DNA of 64,000 bases from Malacoraja senta. Lineage: Eukaryota. The stretch is taken from positions 2,172,001-2,236,000 of the forward strand of contig CM075993.1 in assembly GCA_038087875.1 (NCBI GenBank). The letters are read 5' to 3'. The notes beneath the pieces are model-generated. The model did no database searches and was not told where the DNA came from. It was given only the letters and a program-made list of their open reading frames with translations. Below, piece after piece: positions 39,353-52,789 of the stretch. Both the position numbers and the translations under genes were made by a program. Each line of letters starts with the position of its first letter. The first letter of the stretch is position 1.

Positions 39353-40902
39353 TCAGACAATTAGTAGTGACCAACATTGGCAATCATATGCTTAAAAGAT
39401 AATGCACCCACCAACCAACAGACCAGCTAAACTAGGGAACCCACACCACATTTTAAATATCTACTTGTAATACCAGTAGAGACATTATATATACATTCGC
39501 AAAGAAGGGCCAAAGGAAAAGAGCAAGAAGAGTTCGTTCTTGAAGCAAATCAAAGCCTCATCATAGGGTTTAGATTCATCTACATTTTGTTTTACTTTAA
39601 ACAATTCTGCAGCAAAACTAGTTAAATAACAAAAGCAAAATGCCTATGAAACCTTAATCAAGAATGATTGTCTATAATCTTTTGAGGGAAAAAAAAGCAA
39701 AGATTAATGGAACAAAACCTGGCAGTCTCGCATCTTGAGTTAAAAAAAAAAGAAGTGATATTTAATAACATATTCCTGATTTTCTTCTGCATTGTAAAAA
39801 AAAACGTGGGAAGAGATGAAAGCAAGTTCATGTTCAGATTGGCATATAATTTATTTTAACACAGAGCGATCATACAGTGTTGTGAAATAAATGATCGTTT
39901 TCATAGCATGTAGGACGCACAGTGGCGCAGCTGGTCGAACTGCTGTCTCACATCGCCATGGACCAGAGTTCGATCCTGACTTTGGGTGCTGTCGGTGTAG
40001 AGTTTGCAAGTTCTCCTTGTGACCACAAAGGGATTCCTCCAACTCCTGTTTTTTCCCCACATCCCAAAGGTGTGTGGGTTTGTAGGTTAATTGGTCTCTA
40101 AATATCCCCTAGTGTGTAGGGAGTGTATGTAAAAGTGGGATAACATAAACCTAGCGTGAATGGGTGATTGGTGGAGGGCGTGGGAAGAAGGGCCTGTTTC
40201 CATGCTGCATCTCTAAACGACACGGTGCAGTGCCGACATCTCGGCAAGGTGGCGCAGCAGTAGAGTTGCTGCCTTAAAGCGCTTGCAGACCCGGGTTCGA
40301 TTCCGACTTTGGATGCTGTCTGTACGGAGTTTGTACTCCCCGTGACCTGCGTGGGTTTTCTCAGAGATCTTCGGTTTCCTCCCACACACCAAAGACATAC
40401 AGGTTTGTAGGTTAATTAGCTTGGTATAAGTGTAAATTGTCCCTAGTGTGTGTAGGATAGTGTTAATGTGCGGGGATCACTGGTCGATGCGGACTCGGTG
40501 GGCCGAAGGGCCTGTTTCTACGCTGTATCTCTGTAATAAACTAAAACTAATCTCTGCCGTTTTTATGCCACTTTAAACTAATGCATCTGTAAACCTAAAC
40601 AAAAAAACCCAGCAACAATATCAGATGGAGTATCCTGTGTAACTGTATGCCAGCTCGACTCGGAGAGGGAGGAAGGAAAGTGTGGAAAAATCTGCAGCGA
40701 ACGATTGAGAATTATGCAGTCAAACAGACTGACTCAGTATCACAACTTGGAGCAAAGTGTGACAGTGTTGGTGGAAAATAAACCAAGAGCGTGATTTTAA
40801 AACTGTTACACAGACAGTCTTGCTTCTAAGTGAGGGAAAAATAAATTGGTTTGGGACTTGTTTTTGATTAATATGTCGATTCTATTTGTTTTCTGCAACA
40901 TA

Positions 40903-41109
40903 AGGGCTTATCCCACTTTCACGACCTCTGCCCTTGACTCATACTCGCAGCATGGTCGTCACAAGGTCGTGGGTAGGTCGTAGCAGGCCGTGATGCTAGT
41001 CGTAGGTACTCGTGGCATCAAGTAGGTCGGGGTGTTTTTTCTAGCATGATGAAAAATGTCCACGAGTAAAAAAGGTCGTGAATTAGGCTGTGAAAGGGGG
41101 ACAGGCCCT
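40903..41109. mobile_element. MITE related to 19172-19574
   Basis: AGGGCTTATCCCACTTTCACGA...GTGAAAGGGGGACAGGCCCT-taa. The interior is reverse-complement similar to the 19172 element. Confidence 0.78.
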
Positions 41110-42469
41110 TAAGTCTGCACTGAGACGAGGATAGCTGGCATTCTTTGGCAATGGGAGTCAGTGTGCCATCAACATCAATTCTGGAAAAACAAACTGCATC
41201 CTTGGAACACAATTTCAGGCAAATAAATAATCCAACTGCATGCATGATCCAAGATAAGAAAAATGTGTTTCAATTAACATGGAATTGTGTGTCCTTAGCC
41301 AAATAAAGCTGGGAAAGGAAGCACAAAACAATGAGGCTACAAATACATCTGGAGCCCCAAAGACAAGGCAGCTTCAAGAATTATTATTTAATCAGACAAG
41401 CAATGTGGTTATTTTCCTCCGGCTCTATTCATTTCTTGCAGCCGACTCTCAACATAACAGGCTGTAATACACCTGGATGAAATGGTTCAATTCTATTTCT
41501 GTTTGTTGATCTAGTCATGCACAATTAAGACGGAGACACGAGAGACTGCATGTGCTGGAATCTTGAGTAAAAGGCGCAAAGTGCCAGATGGAAATCAGCA
41601 TCTGTGGAGGGGATAGATTTCGGATTTCGGATAAGGACCCTTCTTCAGACTGGTGGATTGGGGGGGTAGGGCAGGGGGATAACGCCTGGCAAGTGACAGG
41701 TAGACCCAGGTGAGCCGAGTAACAGATGGGTGGAGTAAGTGACTAAGGCTAGAGGAGTCTAAGGAGGATGTCAGATAAGGAGGAGTACAATGCAAAGCTA
41801 GAGGTCTGTGTGGACGAGTTGGGTCAAAGAGCCTGTGTCCATACTGTATGGCAATCAAGTCATGGACAATCAAGTATGGATTAAAGTACCATTAATGCAT
41901 TAGAAAATAATTAGTTTGGGAAATTTAAGCTGCAGTTCAGTAATTGTGCAATCTTCAGATTGTTTCACACTTGCTCTCCAAAGATGGCAGGATTGAAAAC
42001 TGCTGAAAACGGTTAACCAGCCTTGCTGCTGCTAAGCTACAGAATTGTAAGCTTTCACAGCACTGAGGGCTGTTATTCCCTGTGGCAGCGCAGTGAAGGA
42101 GCGAGTAACACAATCTGTTTGCCTGATTTTTCCCATCTTCCTTCAAATATTGCTCCACCCCGAAAAGTGAACATTTTTGATTACTAATTCTGGCAGTGCA
42201 TTCCTTGTTCTCAGAGTCCCCATATATACAAATAAAATCCTCCAATCTATGCTTTCTGTACCTCAAAGGCAAACAGTCCAGCCAGTGGAAAAACTGCCTC
42301 TTCATTTACCCCCTCAAAATATAAAGCATTCAGAAATCAGTTTTGCTGAAAATGAACATAATCTTCTTTGAAGGCAAGGCTATCAATTGTCAGTGTTCAG
42401 TTGATTAAATCAAAAGCATTTATTTCATATCCTCATACTAACCTTTCTGTCCTGGGCCTCACACAAACA

Positions 42470-42880
42470 TCTTGTTTACAGCCCAATAGTACGAACATTG
42501 AATTCTACAATTTTAGGCAGGTACCCCTCCCCTTTCCCCCCTCCCTCCCACCCATCTGGACTCGCACCTAACTCCTCCTCCATTCCTTCCTCTAGCTTCA
42601 CAATTCACAACTCTGCACTCCTTTTGTCTTGCCCCATGTCTTTTCATCTCTGGCCTTCGACCAGCCATCTTCCTATCAAAACCCCGCCTCACTTGTATCA
42701 ACCCATTATTTTCCAGGCTTTGTCCTGCCACCCCCTCCCCTCCCCCCAGAATCAGTCTGACAAAAAGTCCCGTCCCGCAACGTCACCTATCCATGTTCTC
42801 CAGAGATGCTGCCTGAACCTCGAGTTACTCCAGCACTTTGCGTCTTTTGTAAACCAGCATCTGCAGTTCCTCGTTTCTAC
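42470..42880 (+). mobile_element. Older Penelope-like 3' end
   Basis: LQPNSTNIEFYNFR endonuclease-end remnant, C-rich tract, and a degenerate pLTR (gtctgacaaaaagtcccgtcccgcaacgtcacc...cagcatctgcagttcc). Confidence 0.7.
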
Positions 42881-43052
42881 GTTTCAGCGTTTAATTCACT
42901 TAATTTCTGGTGTGCTGAATCGCTGTATCGCCAATAATGTAGATATAATTATTTGGTCCAAGAAGCCCCAATAATTTGATGTTAAAATGTTTGAACTCTC
43001 TCGAAGTCCATGCGACGGGAGCCGAGGAAAATGAGTGAGGTTTGAGTACTTA

Positions 43053-43223
<171 letters not shown>

Positions 43224-45626
43224 TCAGGTAGCACACAACAACCATCAGTCACATGCTGCACGCAACACTAACATAGAGGTCAGCACTTCCATGGGTGGTA
43301 GGATGAGCAATTAACAAGGGTATGGTCAAAACCCAAAGAACTCAATTTATGCAATGGAGGAAGTGTTCCAATATCATTCAATGAGAGTGACAATCGATCT
43401 TATCTCGAGTGGCCAACTGCAACCTGATCTCCACATTTTCACATCTGCCCCATACAATTGTAACCTCATCTCCACATACCTGGATATGGAGACACTTATC
43501 ACACCATCAGACCTGCCCTATAAAGTCCTAGGCCCTCCACATTGTACCGCTTGCCACAACTATCCATCTAAGTCTCCCATCTCTTCCATAAAATGGATGC
43601 TAATTCAGAACTCAGAGATCCACAGGAGGAATGGGGTTATTGTTAGACAAATGAGGCCCACGGTATCAGGAAGTAACAAGTATTTAACAATCAGAACATC
43701 AGCTGATCATAATATGATGGGCTTTTATTCACATGGTGGATGTTAATTCTAGACAGTGGCACTTTGTGTAGTTGAGGATGGTCTTCATGGAATCCAAGAC
43801 CACACAGGATCTGACAGTTCTAGTCTTTGTTACAACAAGATGGTGATCATGGAGCCAACAAAATGGTTGCAACATAGGAGCCTACAAGTTGAGCATCTAG
43901 ATCATCCCACAACTTCCAGCATGATTATGCTGCACTGCTCAATTCTGACACAAAAGAAATGTATTCATTGCAATAATGTACCAAAAGACTACACGTCTTG
44001 TAACTGATCCCGAGTCTGAGGAATATGGTCTATCTGGGACATATGACAATAAAACACTCTTGACACTTGGTCTTGGCTACTACCTAGGAAGTCGCTGATG
44101 CAAGACATGAAATAACCCAGACAGAGAGGAGCATCCCCAAGATAAAGCTTTGGTGTCTGAATACCAGAGATTAATGCGGTTTGCAATACAGTAATAAGAT
44201 AGACATTGAGTGATAAATGTTAATGTTTATGGACCTCGGGAGCTGTTGTTCAAATGTGATGCAGTAACCAATATCTGCAATTTCTTAGAAAATTGGTTTT
44301 GCTGATTATTTTTGTAGAATTCGAGTCCGACAGATCTTTCGCTTGTAACACTCCATCAATTGCGACACTCCTCACATACAATACTTCTTTATCAATGCGT
44401 AGTTTCATTGGAGAGGTTGCAAATCCCAGGGAAGTGATGTTAGATGTAGCTTGATTATTTCAATGGGCAATGCAACAGACTTCGCTACCTGGTCAATTAG
44501 AATACTTGATTAATTTAACCTACTTGACCAAAGGCTCCAACTGGACATCAAACTATGGCCATGGGTTCTGGACAAGACTACGTGGAGCTTCTAGTATGCA
44601 CCGCAGGCTTGGATAGAGTGGATGTGGAGAGGATGTTTCCACTAGTGGGAGAGTCCAGGACTAGAGGTCATAGCCTCAGAATTAAAGGACGTTCTTTTAG
44701 GAAGATGAAAAGGAATTTCTTTAGTCAGAGGGTGGTGAATCTGTGGAATTCATTGCCACAGAAGGTTGTGGAGGCCAAGTCAATGGATATTTTTTAAGGC
44801 AGAAATGGATAGATTCTTGATTAGTACAGGTGTCAGGGTTTATGGGGAGAAATCAGCAGAATGGGTTAAGAGGGAAAGACAGATTGAATGGCGGAGTGGA
44901 CTTGAAGGGCCGAATGGCCTAAATCTTCTCCTATCACTTATGAGCTGAGAATCGGTAAAGGACTGCACTGAAGTCTAGAGACCAGGTCAGCCCTGTTGCA
45001 ATAACTGGACGATGGGTGAAGGCTTACCTTCAACACTTAAACTTCTACCATTCTATCACCAAATCAAGTGGGCTGATTCTATCACCAAATCAAGCAGGGC
45101 CGCAATCATAGGTCTATTGAAGTGAGTCTGAAGAAGTATCTCGACCCAAAACGTCACCCATTGCTTCTCTCCAGAGATGTTATCGCTGAGTTACTCCAGC
45201 ATTTTGTGTCTATCCTCTATTGTACTAAGGATGTACATGAAGCACGTGGTTTAACTTAAGACTGAAAGCTGGGCTACACGCCTACAACAGCGTATGGAGG
45301 GATCACTGAATGTTGTCAGAGGGGATCTATGGCATTTTGTTTCAGGACTTTGTTTCAACACACTTTGCCTGTTACGGGTTGTGAAGACATTGTGGCATCC
45401 CCTCTACTATTGATTTATCAACACAATTTCCACCGTTGTTTCTCACTGGCAAGGGCGGTAAATTCTGAACTTGCCAGTAATAACACAACCCATGAGTACA
45501 AAAAAAATTGACAGGGTGCCCTGGGCAAAGACTGCTGCCATAATAAGTACAAACTCTCTTCTCCACATAAGTGTTAGAGAGATACACCAAAGGTGTGCCT
45601 GAGAATTACCTAATCACACCGTCTAA

Positions 45627-45872
45627 AGGGCCTGTCCCACTTGCCGATTTTTTCGGCAACTGTCGGCATCATTGACTGACGTATCAGGTCACCGTAAAAG
45701 TCGCGGCGTGACAGCGTGACGACGTATTGACGCGCGGCGTTTCCTCAAGTGTCGCAACTTTTTTTTTGTCGCCGCTGGATTTTGAAATGTTCAAAATCTT
45801 TCGGCGACCCTGATACGTCAGTCAATGACGCCGGCATTCGCCGAAAAAAAATCGCCAAGTGGGACAGGCCCT
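45627..45872. mobile_element. 246-bp MITE, perfect terminal TIR AGGGCCTGTCCCACTTG, TAA TSD
   Basis: taa-AGGGCCTGTCCCACTTG...CAAGTGGGACAGGCCCT-taa, with imperfect inverted arms of about 70 bp. Confidence 0.9.
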
Positions 45873-46045
45873 TAAAAGCAATTCATGATTTAGCACTGTT
45901 CAGTTTTTACATATACATGGACAAGGCAGCTGTTAAAACTGCTCGACTATGGCTTAGTTTGTCTTTTTGACACATTGGGAGTTCAGTACATGTTTGTGAT
46001 GCTGTGAAATTTCTCCTTGATAGGATTTCGAACACTAGAAGGAAC

Positions 46046-46352
46046 ATCGTAAATTGGTGGAGCAGCACCTCATATTTCGCTTGTGCAGTTTGCACCCCAG
46101 CGGTATGAACATTGACTTCTCCAATTTCAGGTAGTCCCTGCTTTCTCCTCCCCTTCTCAGCTCTCCCTCAGCCCACTGACTCCACCTCTCCCTTTCTTCT
46201 TCCCCCCACCCCCCTCACATCAGTCTGAAGAAGGGTCTCGACCCGAAACGTTGCCTATTTCCTTCGCTCCATAGATGCTGCCTCACTCGCTGAGTTTCTC
46301 CAGCATTTTTGTCTACCTTCGATTTTCCAGCATCTGCAGTTCCTTCTTAAAC
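46046..46352 (+). mobile_element. Penelope-like element 3' end: GIY-YIG endonuclease C-terminus plus pLTR
   Basis: 46048-46134 translates RKLVEQHLIFRLCSLHPSGMNIDFSNFR*, the typical PLE endonuclease end. A pyrimidine tract, the hammerhead-like motif and the family terminus ttcttaaaca follow, with agaaggaa duplicated on both flanks. Confidence 0.85.
46225..46252 (+). ncRNA. Minimal type-I hammerhead ribozyme motif in the PLE pLTR (representative copy)
   Basis: CUGAAGA-A-GGGU(CUCG)ACCC-GAAA-CG-UU: conserved core, stem II hairpin and palindromic ACGU stem III. Confidence 0.7.
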
Positions 46353-47540
46353 AGAAGGAAGGAACTGCTCTCTCCTGTCAACTGAAAGACCTCAAAATCC
46401 TTTCCAGCTTAATTTAAAAGAATGGCTTTGATTTTTCAATAACTAGATGTGGCAAAACCATGATCATAGCTCAGGCAAACAGGGAGAGTGAACTGGGACA
46501 TGGGTCCCATGGATATAAATGAGCAAGCGAGATGAGGATGGACAGTTAATTAATGTTCAACAGTGCACAAATCTAGACTCAAAGGAAACCAAGTTCAACA
46601 ATAAAGGATGCATAGTCAACAATAATCTGGGGTACTGACCCTTTAAGGATTTAAATTGGGATATTAAAATGTAATGCTCGAGCAGGGCAGAACTGCTGTG
46701 TCCATTTCTCAATCCTGTAGCTTTCCACAGACACCACGCTGCCAATATCAACATCTTCCAAACACTATTGTGAATGACAATGGCATTCACACAAAAGAAC
46801 ACTGTTGCAGTTTGGAGGTTTTGTTGAAATGCAAAAAGAGAAATAACATGCAGGTTTGCCCAAGAGAAAGAAAAACAGTCTGTAATTTTGAGCTTGAAAG
46901 CTGGTGCTTACATGAGGACTGCCTGGCTCAGTTGGAAAGGCAGCTAATCAGTTGCACAAAATGCCATAGAACTCATGCCTGTGTGATCCATTGTGTCCAC
47001 TGGTTACATTCTGAAAGAACTGTTAAGCCCCCTACTTTCAATGTTTTATTTTCCAATAATATTAATCCACTTTGCTTTTAAGTTTATTTTGAATTCTGTT
47101 TTCACCAAAAGGGTTTCATAACAGCATTCTCCAGAAATAAATCCCCAACCTCTACATTCTTTCACCTGCGATGACTTTAAACTTGCATCCTCTGGTACCC
47201 AACTTGCCAGTGAGTCTTCTCACTTTGCCTCGAGTGATTAGAAGCCCTCATAACCTTGCCAAATTTTAATTGAAACTGCCGTGTGTGCACAACCCTTGGG
47301 ATCGTCAGTCCGGAAATCCGTTCTTGACTCGCTGAAACCAAGCACGTCACAGAGCAGGGCACGGAAACAAGAGTATAAACTGTGCAGAGGGCATTGAGTA
47401 CTCAGAGCAAAGGTGCATCATTTGTTCCAATAAGAGTCAGGGAGGAGGTGATAGGCAAGAGGGAGCAGGGAACTACAGAAGGGAAATAGCAGAGGCATTA
47501 ATGGGCTGCATCACTGGAAGCTGAGCCAACTGAAAGTAAA

Positions 47541-48320
47541 CATGCAGGTACAGCAGGCAGTGAAGAAAGCTAATGGCATGTTGGCCTTCATAACGAGAGG
47601 ATTTGAGTATAGGAGTAAAGAGGTCCTTCTGCAGATAGACAAAAGTGCTGGAGAAACTCAGCGGGTGCAGCAGCATCTATGGAGCGAAGGAAATAGGCAA
47701 CATTTCGGGCCGAAACCCTTCTTCAGACTGCAGTTGCACAGGGCCCTGGTGAGACCACATCTGGAGTATTGTGTGCAGTTTTGATCTCCTAATTTGAGGA
47801 AGGACATCCTTGCTATTGAGGCAGTGCAGCATAGGTTCACAAGGTTAATCCCCGGGATGGTGGGACTGACATATGAGGAAAGATTGGAAATACTGGACTT
47901 GTATTCACTGGAATTTAGAAGGATGAGAGGGTATCTTATAGAAACGTATAAAATTATAAAAGGATTGGACAAGCTAGATGCAGGAAAAATGTTCCCAATG
48001 TTGGGGGAGTCCAGAACCAGGGGCCACAGTCTAAGAATAAAGGGAAGGCCATTTAAAACTGAGATGAGAAAAACAACTTTTTCACCCAGAGAGTTGTGAA
48101 TTTGTGGAATTCTCTGCCACAGAAGGCAGTAGAGTCCAATTCACTGGATGAATTTAAGAGAGAGTTAGATAGAGCTCTAGGGGTTAGCGGAATCAAGGGA
48201 TACGGGGAGAAGGCAGGCACAGGTTACTGTTTGCGGATGATCAGCCATGATCACAATGAATGGCGGTGCAGACTCGAAGGGCCAAATGGCCTCCTCCTGC
48301 ACCTATTTTCTATGTTTCGA
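47541..48320 (+). mobile_element. CR1-type (HER1-like) LINE 3' fragment interrupted by a PLE pLTR piece
   Basis: QVQQAVKKANGMLAFI...LVRPHLEYCVQF...RRMRGYLIETYKI...RTRGHSL...NLWNSLP. The PLE insert at ~47635-47727 is flanked by duplicated ctgcag. Further CR1 3' fragments at about 19900-20250(-), 36615-37045(-), 44605-44945(+), 54705-55205(-), 56137-56645(+), 59165-59520(-), 60760-61150(+). Confidence 0.88.
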
Positions 48321-48620
48321 TGTAACTGGTGTCCTGTTCCATTTTCTTAGAGCAAAATCAAAGAGGATATTATACTGTTCATATGGATAAATTCTTTACA
48401 ACCATTGTAAAAGCTGACTTAGCTTCCTTGGACAGCACCTTCTGAACCCAGCACCTCTGCCAGAGAGAAGGACAAGGGCAGCAAAAGCATGGAAACCCAT
48501 GCAAGCTACATATCTTCCTCACTTCGAGTTACACCACTGCTTCTCTACCGTGGCTGGGACAAAATCCTGGAACTCGTTCTCTAACCTCAAAGGGTCACAG
48601 CAGTTGAAGGATCGTGGTCC

Positions 48621-49129
48621 ATGCTGACCGGTTGCATCGTGGCTTGGTTCGGCAGCTTGAATGCCCAGGAACGGAAAAGACTACAAAAAGTAGTAAACAC
48701 TGCCCAGTCCATCATCGGCTCTGACCTCCCTACCATCGAGGGGATCTATCACAGTCGCTGCCTCAAAAAGGCTGGCAGCATCAAGGACCCACACCATCCT
48801 GGCCACACACTCATCTCCCTGCTACCTTCAGGTAGAAGGTACAGGAGCCTGAAGACTGCAACATCCAGGTTCAGAAACAGCTCCTTCCCCACAGCCATCA
48901 GGCTATTGAACTCAACTCAAACAAAACTCTGAACATTAATAGCCCATTATCTGTTTATTTGCACTTTATCTGTATAATTTATTGATGTGTGTATATATTT
49001 ACACAATGGTACATGGACACACTGATCTGGTCTGTATTCATGCCTACTATATTCTGTTGTGCTGAAGCAAAACAAGAATGTCATTGTCCTATCTGGGACA
49101 CATGACAATAAACTCTCTTGAATCTTGAA
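48621..49129 (+). mobile_element. Rex1/Babar-type 3' fragment with (TCTTGAA) tail
   Basis: LTGCIVAWFG...LQKVVNTAQSIIG...HPGHTLISLLPSGRRYRSL, homologous to the C-terminus of the 3389-4156 ORF. Ends gacaataaactctcttgaatcttgaa. Confidence 0.85.
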
Positions 49130-51270
49130 GGAGACCCACCACCCCCACCTGCTCAAGGACAACTAGAGATAGACAATGCCTGTGAAACCCACATCCCTTC
49201 AGATGCATACATGAAGAAAGAGAATGCATGATTTGTTGGCTGACCTCCATGCACAAGTTACATCGTTAGTTAGCAAGTCAATGATTAAACACATCAAACC
49301 ACAAAAAAAAACCACAGCAAACATTGTTACAATACCCTTTAAAACATTAGGAGCATTTTATAAATTTTACATCTCAATCAAATACTTTGTAATGTGGCTG
49401 TGGCAACACTGGTAGAGCCATTGCCCCACAGCGCCAGAGATCTCGGTTTGATCTTAACCTCAGGCGCTGTCTGTGTGGAGTTTGCACGTTCTCCCTGTGA
49501 CTGCGTCGGTTTCCCCCCTAGATGCATCCCAGAGACATGTTGGTTTGTAGGTTAATTGACCCTCTGTAAATTGACCCTCTGTAAATTGCTCCTGGAGTGT
49601 AGGGAGTGGATGCAAAAGCAGGATAACAGAACTGATATGCACGGGTGATCAGCCATGATCACATTGAATGGCGGTGCAGGCTCGAAGGGCCGAATGGCCT
49701 ACTCCTGCACCTATTTTCTATGTTTCTATCGCTGGTCAGTGTGGACTTGGTGGGCCGAAGGGCTTGTTTCCATGCTGCATCTCAAAAAAAGTCAACCTAA
49801 CTTTTGTTAATGTACTCTCCTAATCTGAAATAAATCCCCATTAGAGTCATATAGCACAGAGACCTTTGGCACAACTCATCCATACTAACCAAAATACCCC
49901 ATCTAAGCTAGTCCGATTTTCCTGCATTTAGCCTATTACACCGTGGAGGCCAATTCATTGGATGCTTTCAAGAGAGTTACATAGAGCTCTTAAAGATAGC
50001 GGAGTCAGGGGATATGGTGAGATAGCAGGAACGGGGTACTGAATGTGGATGATCAGCCATGATCACAGTGAATGGAGATGCCGGCTCGAAGGGCCGAATG
50101 GCCTACTCGTGCACCTATTGTCTAAATCTTTCCTATCCATGTACCTATTCAGATGTCCTTCAACTGTTTTTATTATACCTGCCCTCCCAGGCAGATCATC
50201 CCATATACCTACCGCTCTAGGAGTGAAAAAGTTGCCCCTCGGGTTCTATTAAATATCTCTTCAAACCCGATGCCCTCAAGTTCTCGATTCTGCTAACCTG
50301 GGAAAAAACAACCCCGTACATTCAACCTATCTATTCCGCTCAAGATTTCATGCACCTCGATAAGATCACCCCTCAACCTCCCTGCATTCCACTGAGGAAA
50401 GTCTTAGCCTATCCAACCATTCCATATAGGCCAGGCCATGCCCTCAAATCCTGGCACCATCCAAAGATCTTCTCCGCACTCTGTCCAGCACAATGGCATA
50501 TATTTCCCATAGCAGGAAATATAGCCCTGCGCACAATACTCGAAGGGTGGCCTCACCAACATCTTATACAACTAAAACAATAACGTCCTATCTTCCATAC
50601 TCCATTCCCTGAATGATAAAGGCCAGCGTGCCAAAAGCCACCTTCACTACCCTACCTACCCGCGATTCCAGTCTCTGTGAACTGCGTTCTTGTACTCCTC
50701 GATCATTCTGCTCTACAAGAATTCCACAGATTCACTGACGAAAGAAATTACTCCTCATCTCCTTCATAAAAGAACCTCCTTTAATTCTGAGGCTATGACC
50801 TCTATTCCTAGGGTCTCCTGCCAGGGGAAGCATCCACTATGTGGATGAACGTGTTTTGCACACAACTACATTTAAAATAAACTCCACACATGTACATATT
50901 GAAAAGATTAGGAAAAAAAAAATCAATTGGTAATAAATCATTGCCAACATCAAACAATGAGCATCTTCCCTAGATTAATGGTTAAACATGTGCTGCAGCA
51001 CAAAGGGGGCCTGGATTTGTATTGCAGCAAGCACATTGTTCAGGACATGAAAGGAGATGATATCCAGACTGTCTGCATCATCATCATCGTGTTGTTTTTA
51101 TCATTCTGTATTCACCACCCGCAATATCAATCTTACTGGGATGTGCATTTGGAACTCAATCACTTGGCAGTCCAAGACGCCTCTCACAGGCAACACTGGA
51201 TGTTGCAGCCCATTTTAGCTGGCTCTACTGTATTCGCCATCACATCGCCTCCATAACTAGCAACAAACCT

Positions 51271-51419
51271 GGGAGAGAGGGAGGGCCAGAGAGAGAGGGC
51301 CAGAGAGCAAGAGAGAGAGAGAGAGACAGACAGAGCCAGAGAGAGAGGGCCAGAGAGCAAGAGAGAGAGAGAGAGAGCCAGACAGAGCCAGAGAGAGCAA
51401 GAGAGCGAGAGAGCGAGAG

Positions 51420-51484
<65 letters not shown>

Positions 51485-51700
51485 GATTAAGAGAGATGTG
51501 AGAGAAAGGGATTGAGGGAGATGGGATAGTTGGAGAGGGAAAGGGAGTGAGAGAGATGGGATAGTTGGAGAGAGAAAGGGAGTGAGAGAGATGCAAGCGA
51601 GAGAGAGCAAGAGAGAAAGGAAGTGAGGGAGGCAATAGAGAGAGAAAGAGAGTGAGAAAGAGAGAAAGCATGGAAAAGAAGTGAGGGAGAAGGAGAAAAG
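51271..51700. repeat. (GA)n microsatellite within a purine-rich low-complexity tract
   Basis: Pure GA run at ~51423-51480 flanked by degenerate GAGAGC/GGGA repeats. Confidence 0.95.
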
Positions 51701-52789
51701 ATGATGACCAATTCAAGGGTAAAAAGAGTGAGGCTACACATGAAGCTATTAGGGATGTTAGTCGAGTTTAATGGAAAAAAATTAAAACTCATATTGACAA
51801 AACTCATTAATAATTGAGAAATCTCAAATCAAATTTTAAAGATTTAAGGCAAAGCAGATCTTTGACTTCAAGAACGATTTTTATTCTAGTGCCATTACAG
51901 AATATGGATCGTGGCTATTGAATGAAATGTTGTGGTAAATGGTGAAATGCTGCCACCTAATGGTGGTCTATGCTAAGGCAATCTATATTCTTTCAAAACA
52001 TTACAAGCAAAGCACCAATTGAAATAACCATTCTAAGGATTAAAATAAGTTGAATTTACAGCAAGAAGCCTTCGGCCTTCTCTAGAATTTGTTTGCAGCT
52101 GTTCATCAATAGAATCAATGATGTTAAAATTACTATTTATTACACAGAGTTCACTTAATTGAAGAAAATTTGACTTGCGATTTTCACTAATAGGCAATTT
52201 ACCATAAAGCATTCTCTGAATCCAGTTTGTCTTGTGTTCCGTTTTCAGGCATCTTTTATTTTACTGTACTTTTAAGAATATTTATATTCACTGTCTATGT
52301 TTAGTTCATTTATTTCTGAATTCATATGGAGCACATTCTGTTTTTTGTTTGCAAATCGATGAAAGATACTGCTGACCATTTACACCGAGTCCATATTGTC
52401 CATCAAAACACCCATTCACATTAGCTCTACATTATCCCATTTTCACATCTATTGTCTACATATTAAGGGCAATTTATAGAGGCCAATTAACCTACAAACT
52501 CATGACTTTGGGGATGAAACTAGAGCAACTGGATGAAAGAGTGAGAACTGCAAACATTTGAGATTGAAGTTGGGTTTTTGGGCATTCTGAGCCAGCGACT
52601 CGTGAAGCTGCTGTAAATGGTCACTAAAAAGTAACTCAATCTAATTCCCTGCAGATGTTATAGGTATGTTGCAGCATTTCATGTCAAGCGGAAAGAGAAA
52701 CATTGCTTGCTCTACACAATAGAAGACGGGAAATAGGCAAGTAAGGAAAAGAGAGCTGCGATCCGATTCTAGACAAGCTAAAAGACACT

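Noticed and set aside
43330..44560. Possible nested gene or old LINE in SCAMP5 intron (ORFs 43354-43746, 43756-44007)
   Set aside because: No recognisable motifs or consistent splice structure, so it cannot be supported by eye.
51240..51807. Ser/Leu-rich membrane-like ORFs
   Set aside because: They are translations of the (GA)n/purine tract.
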